Origin: Eledone cirrhosa
Lineage: Eukaryota
Direction of reading: 5' to 3'
NCBI GenBank assembly: GCA_964016885.1
Contig: OZ024747.1
Location: 80,538,001-80,602,000, forward strand
Length of the DNA stretch: 64,000 nt
This document shows, piece after piece, positions 14,531-28,334 of this stretch. Position 1 is the stretch's first letter, and every line of letters starts with the position of its first letter. Made by a program: the position numbers and the translations under genes. The notes beneath the pieces were generated by a model. The model was not told the origin of the DNA. It did no database searches and worked only from the letters and a program-made list of their open reading frames with translations.

Positions 14531-15055
14531 CCCGTGGTTGACCGATAAATGCTTGTAGTAGATATTTCCTAGTGAGATTGATGGAGGGAGTGTATAGAGA
14601 TTTATGGTTCTATGGTAGTTGGTATTAAGTGAAATTGTGGATTCAGTATGTAAAGGTTTAGGTGGTTTAGTCCAAATTTTGGGATTGGACTAAACCACCT
14701 AAAGCTTAATATTTATCTGTCAAACCATAAATTAATCTCCGTTTTATTGTTGTTCATTTTTCAGACCCACAGCTCATGTGTATCTAAATCTTTCATAATT
14801 GCACTTACAGTTGAGACCCTAAAATCTGACTCGAAGTACATTTTATTATTTTATTCCTTTATCTACTTTTAATGTACCCTATCTTAGATTTCACATGTCA
14901 TTTCATACATCTGTATCATCTCTGTTTATTTACTATGCGTGTTTTATTATTGATGTTATGGTTTTAATTATTCGCTATATAGCTATTTTGTTACTGATGT
15001 TGTTGTTTTGGTTTAACTATAAAATCCATGCCTTGCGTATTATTTTCATATCCAC

Positions 15056-15166
15056 TTGCTCTGATGTGTTGACTGGTTGTAAACAACGTATTGGAGATCT
15101 ATTGACGCAAGATCAAGCGATTAGCGAACTCTAGACGCAACAGATCAACGAAACAATTGTCAGCAA
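15056..15166 (+). ncRNA. Hammerhead ribozyme with long stem II (core variant CTGATGT)
   Basis: TTGCT-CTGATGT-GTTGA..TCAAC-GAAA-CAATTG-TC-AGCAA; the 3' half recurs at 16011-16072. Confidence 0.75.
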
Positions 15167-15397
15167 TTTGGATAAAGCCCTTATTGTACAGCTAACCATG
15201 TTACTCTTCTTTCTTTAACTACTATTACTCCAAGTATAACCTGCATAGAAACTACCGCGAACTTGCTGCATCACTAATCACTATGGAAGCATCTTGTTGA
15301 GTCAAACTAAGCCGCACGTTAAAACCATTCACAACACGGAGTACACTAACCGGAATACCTCTAAGTGGATCACCTATAGCGATAACTTGTTATCCCA

Positions 15398-15477
<80 letters not shown>

Positions 15478-15731
15478 AGAATATTTTCGAAACACCGAGT
15501 GGGTTTGAAATTATTAGAAATATAAGCTATCGCCGTATTTTGACTAAAGAAATTAAAGAAATTATTTACCCTGATAGTGGGGTTAAGAACCCTCGGGAAA
15601 TGGAAAAAAGATGAGTATACGTCAATACTCATCTTTTTCCATTTCTCCGAGGGTTCTTAACCCCACTATCAGGCTAAATAATTTCTTTAATTTCTTTAGT
15701 CAAAATACGGCGATAGCTTTCATTTCTAATA

Positions 15732-15794
<63 letters not shown>

Positions 15795-16654
15795 AATGGC
15801 TTCTACAGGACTAGAACGGTTTCATTCAGAGAAAATCATCAGAAAGCTTTCCTGATGATTTCCTCCAAATGAAACAGTTTTACTCCTGTAGAAGCCATTT
15901 CTATATTGAATATTTATACTCGGCTATGTATTGAGTACCTTACTATGGTTACCCCCGATTGAAGCCGGGATAAACAAATATAAAAGTATACGGGATAACA
16001 GGTTATCGAAGAAACAATTGTCAGCAATGTGAATAAAGCCCTTATTGTATAGCCAACCATGTCACTCTTCTTTGTTGAATTATCATATATAAAAGTATAT
16101 ATATATATATATAAAAGGTATCCAGCCTGGTGTGTCTATTTCTTCTGCTCTAAGCTTGCATTTTCCGAACTGTCAACTTCGGGCTGTTGAGGCTTTGTTG
16201 TAGTTGGAGACCGAATTTTGCAACTATCTCTATATATATATAATCCGAATCCGTGTGGTTGTGAAGCAAACATCTTCTCTACGTAGACCTGCTCCTATAA
16301 ACGTGTATATCAATTCACCACCAAGTGTGACAATCGTAAAGAACTCACACCTTGGGAGTTAATTATACACTTCCAGGCAAGCCAACACACTCACAGCATT
16401 ACCAAGGATAGTACTCTACGTTTATGGACTCCATCTCAAGATGTGATAGAATTACTTTATAATATTCAGTTATTCAGTTAAAGGATTGTATAAATTTCAC
16501 TTTGTTTCAAAATTATATATTATGTAATAGTATTTAAATACTTCTATTTACAGAAAATGTTGGTGAGATTAACGGCATAGCATTTAGTGTCTCGTCAGCC
16601 CACGTCATGAAGAAGACCTACAAGTGGTGAGTAGTTAGCATTAACGTAATACGT

Positions 16655-16912
16655 ATTTCTTTGTAGTATTTATACGTATATCCTTGTAGTATTTATACGT
16701 ATATTCTTGTAGTATTTATACGTATGTCCTTGTAGTATTTATACGTATATTCTTGTAGTATTTATACGTATATCCCTGTAGTATTTATACGCATTTCATT
16801 GTAGTATTTATACTTATATCCTTGTAGTATTTATACTTATCCCTGTAGTATTTATACGTATATCCTTGTAGTATTTATACTTATATCCCTTTATCATTTA
16901 TCCTTGTAGTAT
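16655..16912. repeat. ~23-bp minisatellite, about 11 copies
   Basis: Unit TTGTAGTATTTATACGTATATCC with minor variants. Confidence 0.92.
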
Positions 16913-17130
16913 CTATTAATAGTCACAATTCTTTTAAGGAGGACTAAAAAATGATATAGCTGAACGAAACAGACATCTTAGCATCATGACTTTATCGACA
17001 CTGATGATAACCTGTTCCTTCAACTTCAGCCGGTCGTCCAGGGCGACCGGCTGAGGTTGAAGGAACAGAATAGCGGTCGCCCTCGGGTCCTCGATTTTCA
17101 GCCCCATGGATTTTATCTATTACATTCACG

Positions 17131-17205
17131 TATTATATTTCGAATACCTGATGATATCACCGGATTCATACGGAACCCGGTCATTGAAATGATCATAGTA
17201 TAATA
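17131..17205 (+). ncRNA. Type I minimal hammerhead ribozyme
   Basis: ATAC-CTGATGA-..ACCGG..CCGGT..-GAAA-TGATCA-TA-GTAT; palindromic stem III. Confidence 0.75.
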
Positions 17206-17389
17206 AACCTTTCAAGGATTTACACAAATCCAGCCTCCTGTCATTTCATTATAATATATAACTCCGTAATAGCACCAACTACAAAAACAAAGACGGTTGA
17301 ACTGCCTTACGTTGAGTACTCTCTATATTATTGCATTACGATTGACCATACGGAATAGACCAGCTCTATACAGTGGTGAACCTCAAACC

Positions 17390-17445
<56 letters not shown>

Positions 17446-17884
17446 AGAACCATCGACTTTCGTCAAATCGGACCGACGAAACAATGTTTCCGTTGGTCTT
17501 TCCAATTGCTAATACTATCTATCGGTCGCAACTCCAGGTAGAAGGATCAACGTGAAATAAAGTGTCTTGCTCAAGGACATAACGCATCTCCTGGTCCAGG
17601 AATCGAACTCACAACCTTACGATTGCGAATCCAATTCTCTATACACTCAGCCACACGCCTTCACATAGTGTGAAGGCGTGTAGGTGAGTGGTTAGAGAAT
17701 TGGATTCACAATGTTGAGGTTGTGAGTTCGATTCCTGGACCGGGCGATGCGTTATGTCCTTGAGCAAGACACTTTATTTCACGTTGCTCCTTCTACCTGG
17801 AGTTGCGACCGATAGATAGTACTAGCAACTGGAAAGACAAACGGAAACATTGTTTCCTCGGTCCGATTTGACGAAAGTCGATCG

Positions 17885-17935
<51 letters not shown>

Positions 17936-18076
17936 TATGTATGTGTGTGTGTGTGTGTTTCTATCTTATCTTCGTATTATGGAAGTATTAATTTACTTCC
18001 GCAAAGGAGAAAGAAATTGAATTGAATTTTCTTATAACGGCTAGGCCTCTAATTCTTATAGTATTAGAGCTATTGT

Positions 18077-18262
18077 GTTTATGTATCTGATGAGTTTTAA
18101 TTAACAATATGAAACGATCAACCATAGACTATAGTGACTCAATATGGATGTAAGTTGTAGTTCTTTATAAAAGAATAAGCAAAAGAATATGAAATGATCA
18201 ACCACAGACAATAGTGACTTAATATGTATGTCAGTTGTAGTTCTTTATAGAAGAATAAGCAA
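18077..18262 (+). ncRNA. Degenerate hammerhead plus ~80-bp tandem duplication of its 3' half
   Basis: GTTTATG..CTGATGA(18087)..GAAA(18111)CGATCAAC-CATAGAC; ~18106-18182 is repeated at ~18187-18262. Confidence 0.45.
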
Positions 18263-19609
18263 GACAACTTATATTATCTTCTTTATTAGTGCGAATATTT
18301 ACTGTTGCATTTCTATAGTTCTGCAGAGAAAAGCAAACATTGACACCTCCTATAATAAAATACATCTTTCTGAGATACATTAACTATAGATGTATACTGT
18401 AGGGCAAAGCTCAAGATTCATTAGATGGTGAAACACTAATATAATATTAATAATGCTGAAGAAAATCAAGTCAAAAGGTTTTAGTAATGCAACCTTTGTT
18501 TCTGAGCACATTGTACAGATGAATAAAGATGTGTGCATTGATTTCTGAAATTGATACAAGATATCCAATGTCTGAATAGAAAGGGGTATTAAAGCATTTC
18601 AAATAAACTAGCCATCGCTAAAAGGTTACATGGTATGATATAACTGAGGGTCATAAAGCGTTGTCCATATTGGTTGACTGAATACATGTGCTTTTTAATC
18701 GAAATAATTTTCTTCCGCTACTTCCTCTTTTCAATCTTGTCACAGGGAAAACATGTATTTGGTGGGCTTATATACCCACCTGTTCGTCGTAGTATTTTGA
18801 AAAGGACATACCAAATTGTATAATTAGCGTTCATATTTAGAATCTGGCTCACCACTGGGTTTTTTATAATTGTAATTATAACTATATATCATTGCGCCAA
18901 TCATTCCTTTTACACACACATACATTCACGCAGGTGGCAGACGTAAAGAGAGAGGAGTAGTATGAGGTAGACTAACTACTCCTCTCTCTTTACGTGTTGT
19001 GACAAATCGCAGAAATGTATATATAGATAGACATGACAAATACGTATTCTCTTGTAGATCGAAAAAAAAATGATAAATACTGTAACCTCTTTTCAAGCTT
19101 AATTGGGTTTCATTAGAAGGCATGCATGTCATCTAGACAAGGAAAAATGTCACCGAGGGACTTATATACCCTATCACTTATAATAATATACTGAAATGAA
19201 TTTACTATATTTTCAATTGGCAAGGAAATATGGACTTGGCATATTTAATGAATAATTTAAACAGTATAATTTAATCCCGCACATATTTGTCATAATATTC
19301 GTATATGGCGAATCTTTTGAGGCAATTGTTTGCGTCTTTTTATTTTGATAATTTTATAACAAAAAAAAAAAAAATACGTGACTATCCCATTGATTAAGAC
19401 ATCACATTGAAGATTTCAAATGACTATCCCACCCTATGTATAATTCAATATCCCAAACTGAACATTACCTTCAATTTCCTATTGTTTCTAGTAATTACTT
19501 TCTCTCTACCCTCTGACATATTATTCTCTATAAAAGCATTATTGTATCAATTTATTTCAGTAATAGATTTGAAGATTTGTAAGAAGAAACCATGATAAAT
19601 TATATTTAT

Positions 19610-19651
<42 letters not shown>

Positions 19652-19782
19652 AATATATATATATACATATATATAAATGTAAGTATGTGTGTGTGTGGTT
19701 GAATATATATATATATATCGTAAATATGTATGATATATTAATGTTTCTCTGTTTCAGTGTCATCTCCTCACTTATAATTATG

Positions 19783-19831
<49 letters not shown>

Positions 19832-20347
19832 GTGTGTGTGTAGTATATTTGTGCACATGTGATTTTGTCTGGGCGTGCGTGCGAAGTTGTGTTTCTTTGT
19901 TTTGCATATATATCGAAATATTATTTCAGATATTTATTGCATTAATATGGGAGAAGGAAATAAAAGTTTGAGAAATTATTGCCTTATTGCTCTTTCTCTC
20001 TCTTTTTAGTTTTTAAGCAATTTAATTCCAACGCCATATTTCATATTTACTTAGTTCCTTGGACATTTTGATGACCTAACTTTGGTTAAAATAATTCATT
20101 GAAGCTCTACAGTTTCTGCGTTGTCAGAGCTTTTAACTTATTATCTATACTGTCTTCAGCAAGTATTGTGCCTTTTCTATGATGTTGAGAACAATTAATT
20201 AAGAATCCTACCTTGTTATTGAGACTCTATTTCGTCCCTTGATTCACTTTGCTTATTCATTTTTGCAAACAACAACGTGTCTATCTAGATAATCTGGGGT
20301 TTTGCTTGTAATTGTGTTTCTGTATCATCCTTAACCAAAACACTGAC

Positions 20348-20488
20348 TGTGAAGGCGCATGTCTTAGTGGTTAGAGCATTGGGCTTGCAATCATGAGTTC
20401 AATTCTCGGACCGGGTGATGTGTTGTTTCCTTGAGCAAGACACTTTATTTCACGTTGCTCCAGTTTACTCAGCAGTAGAAATGAGATG
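20348..20488 (+). mobile_element. tRNA-derived SINE family 2 (CORE-like domain)
   Basis: TGTGAAGGCGCATG..TAGTGGTTAGAGC..GAGTTCAATTC..CCTTGAGCAAGACACTTTATTTCACGTTGCTCCAG. Confidence 0.85.
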
Positions 20489-20864
20489 ATAGGACTGTGG
20501 TCCCTATCATTAAATTACCCAAGACACCTCCAACGAGATATACATCGGAGGAGGCTAACTAAGCCTGCATAGGTGTGAGCTGTCACACACACAAAGCACT
20601 GACGCTGTTTTGCGCAGTACAGTTTTAATGAATAACGCAATTAGATTATCATTTTGCACTTAATAGCAACTCATTAATTGAAATGTGCGGTGTTGATTGA
20701 ATGTCTTCGATGAATATGCACCTTACACTTCTGATATCAAACGTCTCTCCTTTCCTTTCCTTTTAATTTTTACTTTTTTCATGGAAGAATAACAATTTCA
20801 GTTCAATACGTTGTATATTTTTCACGATAGCGATTGGTTTGTTTTGTAATGCATTTCTTGAATA

Positions 20865-20922
<58 letters not shown>

Positions 20923-22387
20923 CTTTAAGAAGCCGAATTCATTAATGAACATATAATATTAGCTCCATCATCCTAACTTTAGTACGTTATGAAATGTATC
21001 TTTGAAGATTTTTCGTGATTTCTTAAACATAATTATTATAGCTAACTTCAGAATACGGTCGAACTATTGATCGTGGGAGACGGAAAATAATAAGTGCCAA
21101 CAATTCATAAAGTAGTAAACGCTAGGATGCCATGATAATAGGAGAAATCTAACAGAAATCTAACAGTTAATCAAGTTTGAAAGACGTAAACCGTCACCTG
21201 GTTAGAGTCCACCACCTGTCCCTTGAATGCCTTGAGAGGAGGGTACTCTGTTGTGAGTATTTGGATAAGGTTTATAGTTTTCGGGCACATTTCCCCGTTC
21301 CACCTAACATTTGCAGAGATCCTTAAAAAAAGTATTGCTGACTCAATAGTACGTATGCAGAGTGTAGAATTATTACAAACACCAATAGTGTCTTTTTAGT
21401 GACAACATATTTAATATAGTGATGAAAAAAAACAATAAATAAACAATAATTATGCGGCAAATAAAATATTATCTTAATGCAATTATGTATTTAAATTTGG
21501 TTTCTGAATTTGTTTCGCAAGATTCTTTAACTGAAAACGTGTGTTGAAACCGATATTGTTATGTATGGGAGGGTTATGTTGCCAATAAGAAACACACGCA
21601 CCAGTTGGTTTCATTCCAATTTATTATAAATTAAATTTATAAATTTAAGAATTTATAAATTTCCGGTTGGTTGGTTGGTTGGTTCCATAACCGGACGGTT
21701 GTTCATATATTGTCAAAGTTCTTTCGTCACACATTCTGTGACTTCTTCAGTGCTTGGGGATTCTTTTATTTGTTTTTGTGCCTCTCTTTTGTTCTGTCCT
21801 ACGCCATCTTGTTTTTGTGTGTGTTGCGTGCTTAGTTTGCGAATGTGTTACATCCGGGTGTCTGTGTGTGTTTATATTTGTTTATTTATTTGTTTATTTA
21901 CATGTTACTGGTTGGTTGTTTGTTCTATGTGTGTGTGTGTTTTCATTTTCATTTTCATTTTGTCCTTAATTGTAAGTTGTGATGTTCATTTATGTTTATT
22001 GCCTCTGTGATTTGTCTAAACATTGCGTCTTTTCTGTGTGTAGATTCTATTTTTATTTCTATGTTCTCTAATTTGCCCTTATGATCTATTTTAGCATGTT
22101 GGTGGAGTATTGATGATTCTTTTTTATCTTGAAGTTCTCGCCAGTGTTTATTTAACCGTTCTCCTATACTACGAGCTGTCTCACCTATGTACACTATATT
22201 CTTATCTTTACATTGTCCTTCAGTACATCTTATGCTATATACTACATTTCTAGTTTTACAGTTAATATGGCGGCTTAGTTTACAGATTATGCATTTCTTA
22301 TCTATACAGGGAGGTCTTTGAAAAGGGTATGTATTGCTAATAAGTGTTTTTATGGAGGTACCTGGTCTTTCTACTATCTTAATATTA

Positions 22388-24539
22388 ATGCAGCGCTCGC
22401 GCAATGGAGAGATTGCATGCTTTCCAACAGACATGTCTGGCAGAATGTCGGTTGACAGTCTGTCAAACTACATCCAGACAATGCAACCCCACATCACTAA
22501 CACAAGAGAAGTAACACCACGAGAGAATGAGGATAGGGAGAAAACACTCAATGCCCATATGATGATGTGGACAAACATATTGCAGCCCAATAAAAGGACT
22601 GCCAACAACTTCCAGGCCTGGAACAATGACGTGCCAGCGTTGTATGGGCTTCGAAAAGACCATAAAACGAGCAGTGACCCTGTCACAGGACCACCAACAC
22701 GGCCAGTCTGTCTGTGGAGCTAACATTGCTAGTAACTACAGACTTTCCTACTTCGTCTCTCTGATCATACGCCCCATCATTGAAATGTCCCCAGATATAT
22801 GTGACAGCACGGAGGACCTCCTCAGCAGAATCAGCGAAAGTAACCGATCTAGGGACCTAACAAACTATATAATAGGTAGTATGGATGTTATGTCCCTATA
22901 TCCATCCATTGACGTGGATTTTGCTGTGGAGAAATGCGTAGAAATGATCAGTGAGAGCAATGTTGAATTCCGTGGGATTAATACCAGTGAGCTGGGACAC
23001 CTACTTAAACTTACCTATAGTAATGATTATCTAGATACATATGACCTCAGCAACCTGTGCCCTACAAGACCAGCAAGAGGCAGTCCACCTACCATTACCT
23101 CAATGGCCAAGAAAACCCACACAGAAAGATGGAACGGGTGGACCAGAGCCATACGGACCCCCGAAAACCACGATGAACTAAAGAAAATGATTGCACATGC
23201 GGTGGGGGCCAGTATAAAATTAACCCTTAAGGAACATATGTTCAAATTTAATGGAAAAACATATGCCCAAGAGGAGGGAGCAGTTATTGTGTTAGCATTG
23301 CAGGTGACATAACTAACCTATTCATGTTATGGTGGGACAATAAACTTAAACTTAAACTTAAAGAACAATTAGAAGACAGCAACCTCTTAACCCTGATAAT
23401 GTACTCCCGCTACGTTGATGATATAAGCATCGTAGTAAAAACACCCTCACTAGAGAGAACAGTCAGGAATTAGTAAAAAACACCATAGAAAGCATCCAGC
23501 AAATAGCTAGCTCCATCCACCAGAGTATTAGAGTTACTATAGACTACCCAAGCAAACACCCCAACCATCGATTACATGTAATAGACACAGCTCTGGGTAG
23601 AAACCATTAATAACAAAAAACAAATCCTCCATTCCCATTATGCCAAACACATGACTTCCAAATATCTGATCCACCGAAACTCAGCTGTTTCGGATCACAC
23701 CAAAATCAACATACTGATTGCAGATTTGGTACGGGTGATGAGAAACGTGTCCCGCATGTGCAATTCCAAAGGACTAGAGAGACACATACAACACTTCATC
23801 CACCGTTGCAATTCTCTGGTTCCAATCAGAGAGATAAAATCAGAGTATATAGAGGAGCCAGAACCAAATGGGAAAAATGGTAGATAATGATGCAAATGGG
23901 ACCTGCCCCTTGTATAGGTGCAAATTTTGGAATAGAATAGAAAGAACTAGGAATAAGGTTAATAGAATAAGCTCATGTTATGGTAGCAATAAATACCAGA
24001 GTGTAATATTCATCAATACAACCCCTAGAGGTGAATTAGCTTACAAATTTAGAAGGGCCCTAGATAAACATAAACTTAATATTAAGATAGTAGAAAGACC
24101 AGGTACCTCCATAAAAACACTTATTAGCAATACATAGCATTTTCAAAGACCTCCCTGTATAGATAAGAAATGTATAATCTGTAAACTAAGCCGCCATATT
24201 AACTGTAAAACTAGAAATGTAGTATATAGCATAAGATGTACTGAATGACAATGTAAAGATAAGAATATAGTGTACATAGGTGAGACAGCTCGTAGTATAG
24301 GAGAACGGTTAAATGAACACTGGCGAGAACTTCAAGATAAAAAAGAATCATCAATACTCCACCAACATGCTAAAATAGAACATAAGGGCAAATTAGAGAA
24401 CATAGAAATAAAAATAGAATCTACACACAGAAAAGACGCAATGTTTAGACAAATGACAGAAGCAATAAACATAAATGAACTCCAACCAAAATTAAATAAA
24501 AAACATGAATGGAATAGCAACATCACAACTTACAATTAA
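22388..24539 (+). pseudogene. Disrupted PLE RT/GIY-YIG ORF
   Basis: Across frameshifted ORFs: LYGLRKDHK..PPTRPVC, GSMDVMSLYPSID, YAQEEGA, YSRYVDD (~23401-23421), C-rich linker PPCIDKKC..C, NVVYSIRC..VYIGETARSIGERLNEH; several stops and frameshifts. Confidence 0.92.
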
Positions 24540-24749
24540 GGACAAAATGAAAATGAAAATGAAAACACACACACACATAGAACAAACAACCAACCAGTAA
24601 CATCTAAATAAACAAATAAATAAACAAATATAAACACACACAGACACCCGGATGTAACACATTCGCAAACTAAGAACGCAACACACACAAAAACAAGATG
24701 GCGTAGGACAGAACAAAGAAGAGGCACAAAAACAAAGAAAAGAATCCCC

Positions 24750-24796
24750 AATTACTGAAGAGGTCACAGAATGTGTGACGAAAGAACTTTGACAAT
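24750..24796 (+). ncRNA. Hammerhead-like motif in the PLE 3' UTR (copies on minus strand at 21711-21755 and 9129-9172)
   Basis: CTGAAGA-G-GTCACA gaatg TGTGAC-GAAAGAACTTTGAC (the 9.1-kb copy has CTGATGA); stem I is weak. Confidence 0.65.
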
Positions 24797-25669
24797 ATAT
24801 GAACAACCGTCCGGTTATGGACCAACCAACCAACCGGAAATTTATAAATTCTTAAATTTATCAATTTAATTTATAATAAATTGGAGTGAAAGCAACTGGT
24901 GCGTGTGTTTCTTATTGGCAACATGACCCTCCCAAAGCATAATAATATTTAAATTTGATTTTCGCAAATCTGCACATGTCATCATAGCAATCTTCTACGA
25001 ACTTGCCGAATTACTGACTGAGAATCGTTATGTTGGTGTACAACAGGAACAGGCATAATCTAAGAGTTCCCTTCGTAACTATGTAGTTGTACTTTCAATC
25101 CCAGTGTGTGGTACCTTGGGCAAGTATGTTGTGCTCGGGTTGATCAATTCCTTGACCAATGTTTCTAAGTTGTACAAAAGGCGAACAATTTTTTTTTGGG
25201 GGGGGGGGGGGGGTAGTTGATAATCGATTAACCATTCCAAAATACTTCACGAATACTTTATTTTAATGACCTCCGAATGGTGAAATATGAAGTTGGTACC
25301 ACTGGGTTTTGAACTCTGAAAGTAAAGAGCCAGAAACTTTGGGGTAAGAATAAATTATCAGTTGCTGTATATAAATTCTTATAAGTCTAAATATATATAT
25401 ATAAAGTTTGAAACGGGCTTGGGAAAGAAAGAACTACTTGGTGCTCCTTCTTGTGTATGAAACATAGTGTACCTTATTTCAACATAGGCACAATGCCAGA
25501 ATTTGGGAGGAATTTGAACGCGGCCCCAATACTGGACTGGCATGTTATTGTATGAAAGGCAATGTTAACTTGGGTTGAATTTCGTAGAGAGCCAGAACAA
25601 ATACTTCGAAGCATTTTCTTAGATGCTCTAACGACTCTTCAAATCCACTGACGTGATTTGATATTATAA

Positions 25670-26267
25670 TAATAACGGTTTCTAATTTAGGTACAAGACC
25701 AACAATGTTGGCGAGGGGAAAGTTGATTAAATCGACCCCAGTGCGTTATTGGTATTTTTTTATCGATCCTGTGAAGATGAAACGCAAAGCTCACCTCTGC
25801 GGGATTTGAACTCAGAATGTAAAGGGCCATAACACTATGCTGCAAAGCATGGTTTCCGACTCTCTTACAATACTGCTAATCCATCTCCTTACATCACATT
25901 AATAACATGTGTGTAACTGTGCGTGTTTTGTGGAGGTGTATGTATTCTATGAATCTGCTGCGTTTAGCAAGTACACGGCCATGTATATTGATTCCGGTGG
26001 TGGCAAAAGATGTAGTGGAGAAAAGGTAGATGCCTAAATGCTCTTAATTTGACAATACACTTCTATTATTACACTTGGCAGTATCGGTAGAGGGTCGGAC
26101 GCCATGCTTTCCAGCATAGTTACCTCCCTTTACGATCTGAGTTCAAATCCCGCCGAGGTTGACTTTGCCTTTCATCCTTACGGGGTCGATAAAATAAAGT
26201 ACCAGTAAAGTACCAGTAATGCACTGGGTAATTGCTGGCCTTGTGCCTAAAGTAGAAACAATTATTA
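25670..26267. mobile_element. Two divergent SINE family 1 copies (25670-25890 minus; 26076-26267 plus)
   Basis: Homology to 1334-1520. Confidence 0.85.
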
Positions 26268-26584
26268 CACAAATATCTACACTGAAATATGAGTATGGAG
26301 CTGTGAATTTTTCCACCGAGGCCTTCAGTAATCGGATCAGTTCCCATCCTACACTTAGGTCACCATCCCAATATCATTTGAAAGCCATTCAAAGTTGTGT
26401 GTTTTGTATCTCCTCTAATGGATGAAGGCAAAGATGGAATTAAACTGAAGGGTTTTGAACGACGAATCCACAAGTTTCAAGTCTATTTCAGGCGAGTATC
26501 AATTTCTGGCAGGCTACATAACCTTTACCAACTAATTCCATTCGCCACTCTCTCACCTCTCTAACATTCCTCTCTTTCCTTCGC

Positions 26585-26590
26585 ATATAT

Positions 26591-26644
<54 letters not shown>

Positions 26645-26706
26645 GCATACATGCATACACTCACACACATGCATATATATATATACATGTATATATACAT
26701 GTATAT

Positions 26707-26745
<39 letters not shown>

Positions 26746-27126
26746 GATATATAAACATATATATGTATACACACACGCATACATGCATACACTCACACAC
26801 ATGCATATATATATATATATATATATACATGTATATATATATACATGTATATATATACATGTATATATATATATACATGTATATATATATACATGTCTAT
26901 ACATATACATGTATATATATATATATACATGTATATATATATACATGTATATATATACAAATACATATATATACATATATGTATATATACATATATGTAT
27001 ATATATGTATATACATATATATGTATATATATACATATATATGTATATATATATATGTATATATATACATATATATGTATATATATATATATATGTATAT
27101 GTATATGTATATATATATATGTATAC

Positions 27127-27158
<32 letters not shown>

Positions 27159-27205
27159 TCATATATATATATATATATATATATATACCAATATATATAT
27201 ATATA
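26585..27205. repeat. Compound (TA)/(CA)/(TG) microsatellite with an internal duplication
   Basis: ACACGCATACATGCATACACTCACACACATGCATATAT occurs at ~26641 and ~26773; similar compound tracts at 32710-33000, 40820-41212, 50650-50960, 51500-51748, 52478-52740. Confidence 0.95.
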
Positions 27206-28145
27206 ACGCGTATGTCGAGTGCGTATGAATGTAATTGTCTGTTTATGTGTGTATGTATTTAGATCTTCGTTTACTTGGAATATTTGGGTTTCTTTCGTTT
27301 CTCCACATACAAACTCGCTCTGTATTCGGTTGATTTTTGTTTGCTTACTGCGCCATTCCAGTTGCTTTGCTGCTAAACGATGTTTGTTTGACATTCCATC
27401 TCGTGTGACTGTAAGATATCGTATAAATATTCACCACACCATCTCGATCTATCACCACATCAATTTTATTTCCATTTGTTTGTTACTATCTTTCTTTTCT
27501 TTTTTATATTATTGTTGTTTTCTTTCCTCTTCCTCTCTTTTTCCTTTCTTTTCTTTTCTCTTCTCTTCTTTTTCTTCTTTCTTTGTCCGAATATTTGCAG
27601 GGAAGTGGTATCAAGTAACATGAATATATAGCCAACACATCGTGATAAAACCTACTTTTGTGTTTCGATTGACAATCTTTGTCTAGCAAAGATAAAGTTA
27701 TTTATCACACAGACTTCTATATAATTGTGGTTTTGCACGTTGCACCAAATAATTAAAAAACAAAAACAAAATAAAAAAAATAAAAAAACAAGAACGAATC
27801 AAATAAATAAATAAATAAGAATTAAGTATTCGACAATAATCTCAGAAGTTCTGCGGAGTGTATTAATTCAAGGATTGTATATTCTTTCGTTAAATAAACC
27901 ACAGTTATAGCACATTATTTTATCGACATCGTTACCGTTCTTTTTATGTTATCTCACACGAAAACATGCAAGAAGGATCGTGCTTGTTCGTTGTATACGT
28001 TAGGTTTTGCTGATTTAAAAGTGGAATGTGAAAGAAATTTCCAACATATCACCGGAAGGGAAAGCACCTATTTGTTTACTAAGGTATATCCGAATATTCT
28101 TTCCAACTTTATACACCATGCCCGTTATCCTTTTCACACATGCCG

Positions 28146-28264
<119 letters not shown>

Positions 28265-28291
28265 TATATATATAATATAGAAAAGCTTCTA

Positions 28292-28334
28292 CAGGACTAG
28301 AACTGTTTCATTCGGGAGAAACCATCAGGAAGCC

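Larger units (their letters stand above)
21553..24948 (+). mobile_element. Penelope-like element (second family) with inverted 3' copy upstream (21553-22387 minus; 22388-24948 plus)
   Basis: 21553-22387 is the reverse complement of ~24075-24948 (GIY-YIG half + 3' UTR), with a short deletion in the left arm. Confidence 0.92.

Noticed and set aside
16655-16912. Possible CRISPR-like array
   Set aside because: Units are contiguous with no unique spacers and there are no cas genes; eukaryotic minisatellite.
20348-20420. tRNA genes at A/B-box-containing sites
   Set aside because: No complete cloverleaf; they continue into SINE bodies.
24246-24248. In-frame TGA in the PLE endonuclease as possible selenocysteine
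   Set aside because: Paralogous copies have GGA (Gly) here and the ORF has other stops and frameshifts; simple decay.
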